DNA from: Octopus bimaculoides
Lineage: Eukaryota
Direction of reading: 5' to 3'
DNA: 64,000 nt
NCBI RefSeq assembly: GCF_001194135.2
Contig: NC_068984.1
Coordinates: 32,608,253 to 32,672,252, forward strand
How positions within the stretch are numbered: the first letter of the stretch is position 1; the number at the start of each line of letters is the position of its first letter. The notes beneath the pieces were generated by a model that saw only the letters and a list, made by a program, of their open reading frames with translations, searched no databases and was not told where the DNA came from. Made by a program: the position numbers and the translations under genes. Shown one piece after another: positions 25,347 to 38,444 of the stretch.

Positions 25347-26258
25347 TCGTCCTTAGTCGAAAGACATCTGTTGCTATGTCCTATTATTATTTTTATTGTA
25401 TTTGTGTAACAGCGTTCGCTTTTTTTCCGTCCTTGTTTTTGTATATATTCGCTGCTTTCTTTCAAGAAATCTAATGCTCTTAACATAGTTTTTCCTTGGG
25501 GCTGGCCAAATTGGAGCAATATCGAGATTAACCAGCCGAAATTGCGAAGATAATTTTGATCTCGACTGAGGAAAGAAAACTCCGAATGACCTGTCCTTGT
25601 TTTCTTTGTATCGTCTATCTGGATGTTTTGTTGTCTCTTTCTTGTATCACCTAACTGTCTGGATGTTTTGCGTTCTTGTCCCATTTTGTATTATTTATAT
25701 ATATATATAGCGGCGTACGTACACTTTGTCTCTTATATGTAAATATACATTTTTCTAAATCTTGTACGACTCTATTTCTGCCTATCAACCCCTTCACCCT
25801 CATTCGTTCATTCCATTCTTCGTTCCTTCGTTCCCCCTCGCTCACATTTCCTTGCCTTCTCTTCTTGCTCATTTTCCCTCGACTTTTCACTTCACTGTGT
25901 CCCTGTCATTTTTTCTCGCCTCTCCTTAATTCTTTTGTCCCTCTGCCTCTATCTTTCTTTCTTCTCTTCCCACGTGACCAGCGTTCGGCCAAGCCTGATC
26001 TTTCTCTCTTAGCCGTCCGTTGTGCGTGCAACATCGTTCGTTATTCCTCCCTGTGCCTGTGAAATCTTGTATCCCTGCCGTAAGGCTTTATTTCCATACA
26101 CGCCAGCTTAATTTAATTCGTCCTTAATCGAAAGACATCTCTTGTTATGTCCTGTTATTATTTTTATTGTATTTATGTAACATTGTTCGTTTTTTCCGTC
26201 CTTGTTTTTGTATACATTCGCTGCTTTCTTCCAAGGAATCTAATGCTCTTAGCTTAGT
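25347..26258. repeat. About 143-bp direct repeats (25347-25489 and 26118-26258) spaced 771 bp apart; probable Penelope pLTR-like or LTR remnant
   Basis: TCGTCCTTARTCGAAAGACATCT...CTAATGCTCTTA aligns between the two copies with scattered mismatches. Confidence 0.8.
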
Positions 26259-26649
26259 CTTTTTAGCCCCGGGAAAACATCTTTTCCAGCTGGCTACCAA
26301 CACACGACTGTATCCTTATACCTTGAAGCAAGAAGCTAATGTCCCCATTCAGCCTTAAACAGTACCTGCAGACCATAGTTTCTGGGTTGTTTCTCTTTAT
26401 TGGCACAGGGTATTCGTTGGCTAGAAGTGGCAGCACTAGGCCTTGTCCGAGGTATATACTTTTAAAGTGACACACAGTCACTGATCTCGTAAAGAGGAAA
26501 ACAATTAGTTTTAATTCTCTGAGTGAGAAATGTATAGTAACAGTGTTACAGAGTAAGATCTATTTGCCAAATTATATATAAATATATATATGCCATGCTT
26601 GAGAAGACCCAGCAAGCCAAATGAGATCGTAGTTATAGCCGATGCAGTG

Positions 26650-27395
26650 TTGAATGAATCAAAAAGGTATTGTATAGTATAGAGAAGAGTCGCCCAGCTG
26701 CAACACTGGATGAGATTGTGGTCTTATACTTGATGAAAAGGTCGAACAAGACCTGCTCACCCAAAAAGGTGACTTCAGCCAGGACCTCCTTCGAAACCGT
26801 CTCCACCAGGTCTTCACAAAATTCTGCACCTTGAATTTCAGTGACATGTGGGTCCTGCTCTCCCAGAACCGAGTGATGTTGCTGAAGAAATCAGCTTCAT
26901 CTTCATTGGTCTCCATTAGGGCTGTCTCTACGACGGTCTCCATAGTGTTCGTTACTGTACTAATCTGGCTGTTATTATACTGATATAGCCAGAACAGGCA
27001 AAACTTGGGAAGAAAGGCAGCGGTCAGCTGGCATTCCAGAAACATTAGACCTCACCTGGGTGTACTCTGTCAGGAAGCCGACATCAGAATCAGTGAAGAT
27101 CTGCAGCTTCAGCTATGTCACCACCCTGTGGACAGCTCCTCTATTCTTCTCCAGTAGGTTGTTGAGGACAACAACAGAGTCATAAGTAGAGTTCCATTCG
27201 GTACTGTTGGGAACAACATATCCAGAATGCTGTCTGTAGCCACCGTGCTGTGGCTCTGCAGAATTCCACTGCCTCTGTGCCTTGGATATGGCCTTTCCTG
27301 TCGGCTGACTTGAAAGAAGTGCTGTCAAAAATTGAAGGTATGGGCTGTGCACTTCCTGTCCACTAGCAGGTTTAAGCCCAGGCTACAACACACCA
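26650..27395 (-). pseudogene. hAT transposase, central and C-terminal part
   Basis: RKCTAHTFNF (CxxH motif), VPNSTEWNSTYD (TRWNSTY motif), LTAAFLPKF, and DLFIKYKTTISSSVAAGRLFS (dimerisation motif, consensus SSAAVERLFS). Confidence 0.88.
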
Positions 27396-27940
27396 CATAA
27401 CACCAACCCACACCACATGACACCACCCCACACCACTCCATGCACACTAGCATTAACCACTTCCCAGCATCCACACCACACACCATTATCTGCACACCCA
27501 CACTCCCACAAACCATCATCCACCCACCCACACATTACAAGCGCACACACTTACACACATACACATCCACACGTCAAAGTCACTAGTCCCTATCCACACA
27601 CACACACACACAAACATACACACACACACTTACAGACTCTCACATGTACACATGCACGTGCACCTTCATTTTGGGGTCCCTAGTACTTTATCATCTCCCC
27701 TTCTTCCTAGCTCTCCTGTCAAACTATTTTTTTCCAACCAGTCGCCATGGCTGATCGCTAAATCCACAAGTTTTTTATTCTCTCTCTGTTTATTTCTTCA
27801 TATTCCTTTCTGTTGAAGAGTGTAATCTCGAAACGTAAAATACTTTCTCACTTTCCCGAGCATCAAACTAATACACCTGCTTGTTGTTCATACACATGTC
27901 TTCGTCTTTTGTTTTTCTGTAAATTTCAACTAAATATATA
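27396..27940 (+). mobile_element. CA-rich low complexity plus a Penelope-type 3' tail inserted in the hAT element
   Basis: It interrupts the hAT frame and contains the hammerhead-like CTTT CTGTTGA A GAG..CTC GAAAC GTA AAA. Confidence 0.55.
27806..27841 (+). ncRNA. Minimal type I hammerhead-like motif, non-canonical core CUGUUGA
   Basis: CTTT CTGTTGA A GAGT GTAA TCTC GAAAC GTA AAAT: stem I TTT/AAA, stem II GAG/CTC, GUA triplet. Confidence 0.45.
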
Positions 27941-28140
27941 TGTATATATATATATACTGTATATTTTATGTTATGACATTTATTTCAATTAGTTATTATA
28001 CATTTTATTACATTATTCAAGAAAATAATCATTTACTAGATAATCAAATAATTATATTAAATTAAGAAAATATGAAGTATGCCATAATAATAATTTAATA
28101 ATCTTGTATAATTTCAATTTATAAATACCTTGTAAGATAT

Positions 28141-29078
28141 TCCACCATCTGTTTATGGCTGGTCCTGATCATCTTGCACAGAGTGTGGCAGGACATCGAC
28201 ATCTTGCTGGGGTTCAGCGTCTTGATCAAGCTTATCAAGGTGGGGGACTACATGCAGCAGTAGCTTATCGACAAACAGATTTACAATCGTTCTGTCCCCC
28301 ATAGACTAAGGGACACCGGTGCCGGTAGTTTGGGCAGATGCCTCATCAATGTTGGTCTGGTGTGCTTTCTTTGCACATGGCTGTGACAAATGGCTATTGG
28401 CACTGCTACAAGAAGATATTTTCCACAGGAATAGCTGGCCTTAACTCTCTCCTCAAACTGGATGGCATGCACTGGGTGTTTTCTCTTGTAGAGGTTCACT
28501 GCTTGTTCCTTGATGGTGGTTTCCTTGGGTCAGCACTTGATGCACCGGAAGTACAGGAATTTAACATTCCTCTTATCTCTTGATGTAAGGACAAAGTAGT
28601 CCTCTATGTGAGACCACGGGTTCTGAGACTCCTGGTTCACAACCTGAGTGACCTCTGCCTCACCCACAGCTGTTGCAGACTCCTGTAAAGACTCTTCATC
28701 CTCAGGCTGAACAAAAACATCTTCACCTTCCATAACGATAAGTAATAACTTAATAAAACGATAACGTAAACTGCTGTAACTGACACTGTAAGACTGTCTG
28801 TAATGTGACAACATCATAAGTGAACATAACTCAAGATTACAGAAGTACACAATACTGCTCAGCTAGCTGCTGCTATGTCAAACAATCATGTCTTGTCACG
28901 TGTACACGTAGTCAGCCAATAGCGTTCCTAGCAGACTCTTCCAGACATGCCCACAACAGAGAGGAACAAACATATGGATTGTTTTTAGCGGACTTAAAGT
29001 TAGTGAAAACACTAATCAGCTGGATGAAGACTTAACTTTGCTAATTAGCTGTTAATGGATTAGTGGAACTGTGTGCAC

Positions 29079-29083
<5 letters not shown>
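28141..29083 (-). pseudogene. hAT element 5' part: terminus, BED-finger-like N-terminus and start of the transposase
   Basis: NPWSHIEDYF...FRCIKC...KRKH, then IVNLFVDKLLLHVV and LIKTLNPSKMSMSCHTLCKMI. The terminus reads TAGTTGTGCACACAGTTCCACTAATCCATTAACAGCTAATTAGC on the minus strand, resembling hAT ends as I recall them. Confidence 0.82.
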
Positions 29084-29159
<76 letters not shown>

Positions 29160-31166
29160 AAGANNNNNNNNNNNNNNNNNNNNNNNNNNNNNNNNNNNNN
29201 NNNNNNNNNNNNNNNNNNNNNNNNNNNNNNNNNNNNNNNNNNNNNNNNNNNNNNNNNNNNNNNNNNNNNNNNNNNNNNNNNNNNNNNNNNNNNNNNNNNN
29301 NNNNNNNNNNNNNNNNNNNNNNNNNNNNNNNNNNNNNNNNNNNNNNNNNNNNNNNNNNNNNNNNNNNNNNNNNNNNNNNNNNNNNNNNNNNNNNNNNNNN
29401 NNNNNNNNNNNNNNNNNNNNNNNNNNNNNNNNNNNNNNNNNNNNNNNNNNNNNNNNNNNNNNNNNNNNNNNNNNNNNNNNNNNNNNNNNNNNNNNNNNNN
29501 NNNNNNNNNNNNNNNNNNNNNNNNNNNNNNNNNNNNNNNNNNNNNNNNNNNNNNNNNNNNNNNNNNNNNNNNNNNNNNNNNNNNNNNNNNNNNNNNNNNN
29601 NNNNNNNNNNNNNNNNNNNNNNNNNNNNNNNNNNNNNNNNNNNNNNNNNNNNNNNNNNNNNNNNNNNNNNNNNNNNNNNNNNNNNNNNNNNNNNNNNNNN
29701 NNNNNNNNNNNNNNNNNNNNNNNNNNNNNNNNNNNNNNNNNNNNNNNNNNNNNNNNNNNNNNNNNNNNNNNNNNNNNNNNNNNNNNNNNNNNNNNNNNNN
29801 NNNNNNNNNNNNNNNNNNNNNNNNNNNNNNNNNNNNNNNNNNNNNNNNNNNNNNNNNNNNNNNNNNNNNNNNNNNNNNNNNNNNNNNNNNNNNNNNNNNN
29901 NNNNNNNNNNNNNNNNNNNNNNNNNNNNNNNNNNNNNNNNNNNNNNNNNNNNNNNNNNNNNNNNNNNNNAAAGGCTGTACAGCCAGACGTGAAGTGTGTA
30001 TGTATTGAACGCTGTGAAGCCCGAACAGGAGGGGCAAAGAAGTCCGTGCGAGCTTGGGGAGTCCAAGAACGAAAAGAAATAGCAGCCGGACACACGTGAC
30101 CAAGGCTGTGTAAACAGAAAGAGTAGCAGAGGGAAAAGAAGGGGAGGAAGTAGAATAAAAGTGAGCAACGAGAGGTAGAGAGAGAGAGAGAGAGAGAGAT
30201 AGTAGTAGTAACGGTGAGAGGCGAAGGGCGAGTAACAAGAGAGAGAGAGAGAGATGGTAGTGACAGGTAGAGGCGAAGAACAGTGGAGGGAAGAATGAGA
30301 GGGGGAGATAGATATAGAGATAGAGAGAGTCGCGTTAGAAAAATAGTTAAAACTTACTGTATAAAAGTTAACGCGTGCGTTCTGTCGTGATACAGACAAT
30401 ATATGAGTATATGCATATGTATGTACATGTATGTACATACCTTCATCTACATGTACATATAGCTACATAACTGGGTACATGACGTGGCAACATATACATA
30501 TACATATATATATATATATGTATATGTATGTATGCATATATGTATGTTTGTATGTACACGCACACACATATGTATGTATATATGTGTGGGGGTGAGCATG
30601 TGAATAAACTTATATGGTAAAAACCAAGCAATGCAAAAAAAAGCAAATGAATATGAATTTGTAAAATCTTTTTATTAGCCATCAGCTAGATATCATTGCT
30701 GTTTTGACACATTTTGATAAGAGGACTCCATTTAGTGATGTAAGTAGCCTTGAAGCTGCAAGGGATAAAAATGAGAAAACGTGAACAATAACAGGAACAA
30801 ATGTGAGTGTATTTGAAAATTAAACGTGCGAAATCGTAGCTGAAGGATTTCATCACAAAACAAGGTAGAAACAATGATCTTTCAAGAATTATAGCTAAAA
30901 AGTAAATTAGACTGGATCCTTTCGATATGGGTAAAAATAGTAAGACAAGAAGCGAACAAAGAGTAGCAGTAAAAAGACATCCATCACACAGTGTAGTGAA
31001 AGAGAAAAAACACAGTGTTGCTTTCTGGTTAATTGAAAAAACAAGAAAGCAGCATGCAGAGAAGAAAAAATAGGAAAGATAGAGAAAAACAGGGATTGCT
31101 GGAAAGAAACAGATAGTGTTAGAGAAAGTGAGAGAGAGCCATGCAAACACATACATAAATATGTAC

Positions 31167-31219
<53 letters not shown>

Positions 31220-32527
31220 ACGCACATATATATCTCATATACACTCATATATATGTAATTTCAACAACTAAGTGTCTAACGTATGTAAAATTCTTGAACC
31301 ATATAAAACCTTTTTGCAGAAATCAAGGTTTGTTTTTGTAATTTATGACTGTCATATTATTTTATATTTGTGATTCGCAAAACAGATTTGCTTCTATTTT
31401 AAAGTGTTTTTTACTGATATTTTTCCTTCTTTATCTGCATTCACTTCAGTGGTGTTCTTTCATTTCAATTGTTAGATTTTCTTTGCTGATGTCTTTTTCT
31501 TAAAATTTTATTACTAATTTTTTTCTCAACGTTTTATATCATCACATATTGTAAGGTTTCTATCCATGTTAGTCTGGATGTTTCCCTCTAAAACACAGCA
31601 GATTTTCAGAAAAGTAAAGATTAATTATTTCATTTTGTGAAACAGTAGAACTACTACAAGGAAACTAAATGCAAATCATAGAATGTCCTTTTTTCACTCT
31701 TTCTGCTACTGTTGCTGTAGTTGTTGGTTTCATTGTTAAGCCACAGGACTCTCTGATCAAAGGTTTTCTAAACATGACCAACATGACTTTTTGTATAACA
31801 AAAACTAAACTTTCTGATTCACCTAACTCAAAATACTGAGTATTTCTATTATACTTTCCCTAACGATGTCGTTGCCACCACTAACATTCATCACCCTATC
31901 ACTCATATATTTTTGTAAAGAGTTTGATGATGAAGCAGAGATGTCAGTTTCTGTGGCCTGTTTTGCCATGTCTTCAACATGGTTAATATACTAGTGATGG
32001 TGTCAGGAAAATCACACTCAATATATGCAACAACGTGTGAGATTGTGAGAATGCTTTTTGCCTTGCCAAGGACATATCAACCCTTTAGTGTTGGTGCTAC
32101 GAATAAAGAACCCAGTACACTGGGTTTTGGTGTTAGCAAAATCGTCCATCGAAAAATAAAATAGGAAGCTAAAAACGAAGTGTTATTGAGAAGTAGTCAC
32201 CCAACATATCTAGGTACACACTAAACATTTGAGTACCTACTAACTGCACCAATGGTATCATATACAGCCAATATAAACATAGAAGTCTGACGTAACAGGA
32301 TAATGATCGTGGTGATAAAAATGATGATGATGATGACAGTGAAAATCATATATTGCGTATGTATATACAAACATGTATCTACAAGTGTATGAGTGAATGC
32401 ATACATACATACACACATACATACACACATACATACATATGCGTGTGTGTATAATTATGAGGAAACGTTGAAAATGCATCAAAGTTTATATATGTATATA
32501 TATATACATACATATATAGACATACAT

Positions 32528-32917
32528 TACAAGTTCCAGTTTATACCTGTAATTACTGGGGCACTGGAATATGTAACTGCCTAAAAACCGATCTTGAGAA
32601 ATTAGGCTTCTCAAAACCAGAATGGAGAAAGCTGATTCGAAAACTACAGATCCAATCCATCACTGGAACTGTAAAAATCTGTATAACTTACCAGAAGTTT
32701 ATCATTTAAGTATATATGAACATGTCTAGATATGCAAGTATATGCATGAGAAGACATACATAAAACAAAACATACATATCTGCACGTATACATACATGCA
32801 TACATACAAAAATACCCTGTTGTTGATGTTGAAATTCCAATGAGGGAGCCTTGGATCTAGGTTGGAAACCAGCTCTTTCTCCATTGGCAAGAAATCTTGA
32901 AGTAAAACTGAATAATG
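32528..32917 (+). mobile_element. Second R4/Dong-like RLE LINE 3' fragment with 3' UTR
   Basis: FQFIPVITGALEYV, then LKTDLEKLGFSKPEWRKLIRKLQIQSITGTVKICITYQKFII*, compared with the consensus VPVVIGALG...LQK..LLGT..I. It ends AAAACTGAATAATGA. Confidence 0.7.
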
Positions 32918-32955
32918 ACAGACACACGCGCGCACACACACACACGCACACACAC

Positions 32956-33000
<45 letters not shown>

Positions 33001-33043
33001 TGTGTATATGCATGCATACATACACACACACGCACACACATAT

Positions 33044-33725
33044 TTAAATATGAATTAGAAGCAGCTTCAGTTTGAGGTATATAAACACAGTTGAACATAT
33101 ACACACTGGGTGTGTGTTGTTAGTTCGAGTATTAGCTGCTGCTTTTAGGCATAAAAGAATATATTATCTAAGTGCCAAGTGTAAGACCCCCCCCCCCAAA
33201 AAAAAAACCCCATCCAAGTGTAAGTCACAGTCAAGCGAAACAACTCAGCGACAGACTCTCGGAGCGACAGACAACGATCAGATGTTTTTACATAGAGAAT
33301 ATTCTCTTACGCCAAAAAACCGCAGTCGACCTCCGAACTAACAACATACACACACCCTGAGTGTGTGTTCAATTTTGTTTATATACCTCAAGCTACTTCT
33401 ACTTCATATTTGAATTTTTTCCGTGGCATGAAACGTTGGAACATGACAGCAGATGGTATCTAAGCCATCTAGCATATTGTCATTATTGGTGATATTGCTT
33501 GTTTCAGGACTTGTTTGGTATGTGGTATTGATAAGTCAAAACAATGACGAAACATCGATGTCTGTTGCTCCATGAAAAGGCCTGATGCGAGATGTCTCGT
33601 TTGACTGTGACTTACTTTCAGGTGCTTCTTTACACCAGATGCAGAGTAAATATATCCTCTTACGCCTAAGAACCGCCGCCAACCCTCAAACTAACAACAC
33701 ATATCCTGTGTATGTGTTCGATTTT
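33044..33725. repeat. Three copies of one repeat: an inverted pair (33044-33170 minus, 33290-33415 plus) and a further plus copy at about 33500-33725
   Basis: The arms align as reverse complements; homologous to 17650-17950. Confidence 0.8.
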
Positions 33726-34500
33726 GATTATGTGTAATTAAAACAAGTTTAACGTTTTAACATTCGTAGGGAATGATTTTTATTGTGCTTATATGTATGA
33801 AAAATATAAATATAGTGATACGTTTTCAGAGAAGAAATGTTTTGCATCTATATCGGTAAACGTGTTATGAAGGTAAGTTTGGGATATATAGATTATATAA
33901 GCATGTATAACAAAAGAGAAAAAGCAAAAAATGAGAAGTCACATGTTGTTTCGAATGTTTTGTATAGAAAAAGACGTAACATACACATTTTTTAGTTTCG
34001 CACCTAAAATGGCTTTAAGCATACTACAGGAAAATGTAATATTTAACTGATCTGGATCAGGTTTCACTGATTTAAATTTTCAAGAGTTTAATGTAATGTT
34101 TTTATATTTTTACTTATATAAAACCATGTGCAGTTTAAGGATTAAATAGGCCTGTCACTTATGATATTTCAAAAACAAGGAACGTAACTGTGATTCGAGG
34201 TTTTTCGTCGCATATTTCTGTTTTTATATGAAGGGTGTTATATATTCCCAGATAATGTCACTCCATTTTTTGGTGGGGTTATTGTAGCTGATAACTGTGC
34301 TGGTGCCGTTATCTATATTTCATTGGCTGAGATCCAGTGTGACGACGAGATTTTTAATTCTGATTGAGTGTATATTCAGAATGGTATACTCATGTACATA
34401 CATTTATATGTACATACATATATATATACATGTGTAAAATATGGTATAATTATAAGCAGGGCAAATTTAATAATTTCTCTGCAGACTGGAAAAAATGACA

Positions 34501-34550
34501 AACAACTTTAATTGATTTTCGAACCTTATTACATTCTCAGCAGAGTCGTC
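34501..34550 (-). ncRNA. Type I hammerhead-like motif, core CUGCUGA
   Basis: Minus strand reads GACGACT CTGCTGA GAAT gtaataag GTTC GAAA ATCAATT A A AGTTGTT: 7-bp stem I with two G-U pairs, 4-bp stem II, short stem III and UUA triplet. Confidence 0.5.
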
Positions 34551-35849
34551 TACATCATTCTGACTCTCTCCAGAGAAACAAACGCCAAACTGTTTACATA
34601 CTCAACAAATGCAGCAGTTGTTCTATGAAGGAATCCTTAATTTGCATACCGAAAGTGTTTAACACTATAAATACCAGCGGCCTGTCAACGGGGAGCTTAG
34701 TCCACACAGTATCAAGGTATGATATAATATATTTGTAATATATGGTATAATTATATATATATATATATATACATAAACATGTGGATATGTGTATAAATAT
34801 ATACATACATACATATAAATACATACAAATATACATGCATAAATACTCATAAACTTATCTACAGATACACATGCATATCCTCTTATGTACTTACATTTAT
34901 ATATCCAGACAGGTATATACACCCATATAAGTAATATACATACCCAACAGTATGCATACATACCAATACACACATACATACATTAATTCTTCCAGTTATA
35001 CATATATTAGAAAGTTGCTGTTGGCATGCATATAGCCACAAAATACTATACAAGGACATTAGGACTGACAGCCATATTTCATTTTTGGTTGTTAAATGGG
35101 AGGAAATCGGTTCTCCAGTCTCAAAACCTGGCCATCAATAGTATTACTAACTTTCCTCCATGTGTGCGTGTTTCTTTTTGTTTGTATATACAAAAAAGAA
35201 GTTAAATATACATTTCGAATTTTTTAAAAATAGATTAATATAATTGCATTTATTTTACTGATTTCCTATTTTGTGATTTTGTTATGTAATGTGAGATGAA
35301 CTGATCTGTTTTAACAGTGAATTTCACTCAAATATGACTGTAATTTGTAAAGCTGTCCTTTTTAATGGGATATCAAAGCTCAATTTTCATTTACAGTAGA
35401 ATATGGTACGTTAAAGTTGATAATGAGACTAGAGGATTTTTACAACTGAATGAATGATAATTGCGCTAAAAGCCGAATTTCAGTGAATATCTTAGGTGAC
35501 ACACTGGATAATGATTTCGCTTTATGTCCGTTTATAAGAATATGTGCCAGTATAGACTATGACTGTGCCCAAATCAAGGCTTTATTTATCCAGTAGTTGT
35601 GTCATGTTATAGTATGATAAACAGGATACAGATTAGTTAGAGATTGAGAAATAGATTACTTTGTATGGGATTGACGATCAGTTGTGCATTTGGTTGTATA
35701 TCTGTGAGAATATGAGTGACAATAATGTAACAGCTCTGTTTCATTCAGTGACATAGTTTATTCAGTAATTAGTGGTTTGTATTTTTAATGTGCATATTTT
35801 CGTTATTTAGCACTTTCGTTTATCTATACCAAAACATTTCAAACTACTA

Positions 35850-37650
35850 TAGTTTGAATGGAAATGCAGAAACTTATATCAGCTTCACCAACTTTATTAG
35901 AGTAAAAGAGTGCCTAAATGATTTCCAAACTGATTAGAAAAATATTAAATACTGAAGGAATTAAATTAATGCAACACACAAAATCAAAACTATGAAAATT
36001 TTCCAGTCCAATAAGTTTGCAAACAAATATCTCGGACTACAATGGGAACAAAGGTTACCTCGACTTACTCGATGGCAGAATTTGAAAACCAAATATATAA
36101 ATGATATTGGCTAACGTACAACATCAGCTATAAAAAAATATTTAATAGATAATGGGAAATCTTACTTGGAAGATGGCGTGGGCATACAATCTTAACAAAT
36201 TAGTTTTTAAATCCTAATTAATAACATAAACAACAGCACACAGTTCACAATGGACTACAATAAAATTCAACTATATTTCCTAGACATTTTAATCATAAAA
36301 GAGAAACAAGCATTAAAAAAAACCATCCATTTCAAAGTGACAGACTCTAAATAATACCTAATATTACCACCTAAAGTACGCGAAGACAAACACACTAGTT
36401 AATCTAGTGCGAAGAACTTTAAATTTTGAAACTCGAAATTTGACTCCAAGAATTAAGATAATTATACCGCATAAAAGACGATATCCAACAAAGTTAATTG
36501 ATAAAGAAGTAGAACGTACCAAAATAATCGACATTCAAGAAAGTCCAAAATAATTTAAAATCTTCAAACAATTTACCATACATCACAGCACTTAAAAAAA
36601 TAAAGAGAGAACTATACAACACTATTCATAAAACATTCCATTATCGAAGCAAAACCGAAGAATGAAAAATGTACTCAATGTTTAGAAAATAAGGTAAAGC
36701 AAAAGACAACCAAATCTCTAAGAAAAAAGGTACAGAGCAGCGCCAAACTACCAACTAAAATATAACATCAATAGTCCAAGAATATGGGCGCCCTAACTTA
36801 GGAGACAGCATCAACTTTATAAATGATGTATCGTATATATTTTTATTAAAAACATTTTCACTAGTAAATAAAATCCCTTCACCTGTTTGCCAAAATTACT
36901 TAAAATCTCTTTATATTATTAAATGTAGTAGATATAGTAGAGATTATATTAGACTAATGGTAACTAACTTGAAAAACGGGCTCAATATTCATAGACAACA
37001 CATACGAGATACTAACCAAACAAATTTCATTCAGTGAATATTTATATTTTTGTGCAGCTAAATAGATCATCAGCATTCCTAGTTTTCATATATTCTTTTC
37101 TACTCTAGGTACAAGGCCTAACGCTCGAAATTTTCGGGGAGGGGAGCAGTCGATTACATCAACCCCAGTACGCAACTGGTACTTAATTTATCGACCCGGA
37201 AAGGATTAAAGGCAAAGTCGACCACGGTGGAATTTCAACTCAGAACGTAAAGACAGACGAAGTACCGCTAAGCATTTTTCCCGACGTGCTAACGTTTCTG
37301 CCAGCTCACCATCTTCTAGTTTTCATACATTAACTTTGCTCTGATAAAACAACAGATAAAATTTGGTAAAATAAAAGAAATATGCAAAGCAGATAGTTCT
37401 AAAATCTCTATAAGAGATGTAAGTAGTGACTCTTTTGAAAAGTAATGGTTGTTTCCACTGCAACATGACACAACCTTTGTCCAATATATTGTGAGCAGGG
37501 GAGTTAATCCCACCATCTAGCGATTTGGCAGACGGTAAGTTTGTGTCGTTAACCAGCTGGAAAAGTTGTTCTCCTGGAGTTAAAAAGGGCAGGAGCGTCG
37601 TTCCATACGGAACAACAACGTTGAAATGGCGACAAACATCACTTGTCAAA
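35850..37650 (+). pseudogene. Decayed Penelope-like retroelement (RT plus GIY-YIG), interrupted by a SINE
   Basis: KQISRTTMGTKVTSTY (consensus QI.GTAMGTK.AP.YA), LINNINNSTQFTMDYNKIQLYFLDILI...TIHFKVTDSK*YL, and LKNGLNIHRQHIRD. The 37510-37590 tail is homologous to 26260-26310 in the opposite orientation. Confidence 0.85.
37095..37315 (-). mobile_element. Full-length tRNA-derived SINE (54010 family) with 16-bp TSD
   Basis: Aligns with 54010-54220. TSD CTAGTTTTCATAYATT at 37079-37094 and 37316-37331 (one mismatch). Confidence 0.92.
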
Positions 37651-38404
37651 AGAAATATGTTTATCAGAAAATTCATCCCACAAGCTACTAAATAAGCTAT
37701 AGCAGGAAATCAACCAACGACATCTCACAATCGAAGTTCACATTCTCAAAAATAAACGTAGACAAACATACAAAGCCATATACAATACATACTGTCACTT
37801 GTATACGTACAAATAAGTTATTTCTTTATTTTTAGCTATGCAGATATCCTCCTGTTCATGCTACCACATGGTACATTCACCGGATTAATGCAGCTTTAAC
37901 TTTTAGAGGAAATGTCATTCATACTGTTACATGACTCTCTGACCTCGTGCAGGTCTATAACTCTATTTCAAATGATAGCATTTTGAGCCATAATCCCCAC
38001 ATAAAAAGGAACAAAGTCTCAAACTCTTGTCAGAGTCATTTTTCTTTTTCATGACCCTTCTGGCTTGCACGAAAAAAAACAAAAAAAAAAAAAAAAAAAA
38101 AAACAACTTAAATCCATAAATATAGAAATTTAAAAAAATTTTTGTGAAAAGGAAGCTTTTTTGTTTCGGAAGTAGAACGCCAAATAAACGCGGTTGAAAA
38201 AACACTTGAAGTAATTAAGAATATTTGTTTATATTCACTTGCCTTTACGAGTTAATGATTTTGAAAAGTATCTGTGTGTGTTTCGACTTTAACTGAATAT
38301 CCAAAATTTTTGAAATGATGAAACTGACAATATCTATTAGTAAAATTTAATATTTCTCTAGATATACGTGCGTGTGTTATCTGCTGTACTTTCATCCCAG
38401 TACG

Positions 38405-38444
<40 letters not shown>

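Noticed and set aside
29041-30438. Long ORFs of 150-465 aa here and at 42.4-43.5, 45.2-46.0, 46.8-47.4 and 51.1-51.8 kb
   Set aside because: They are open only because N runs contain no stop codons.
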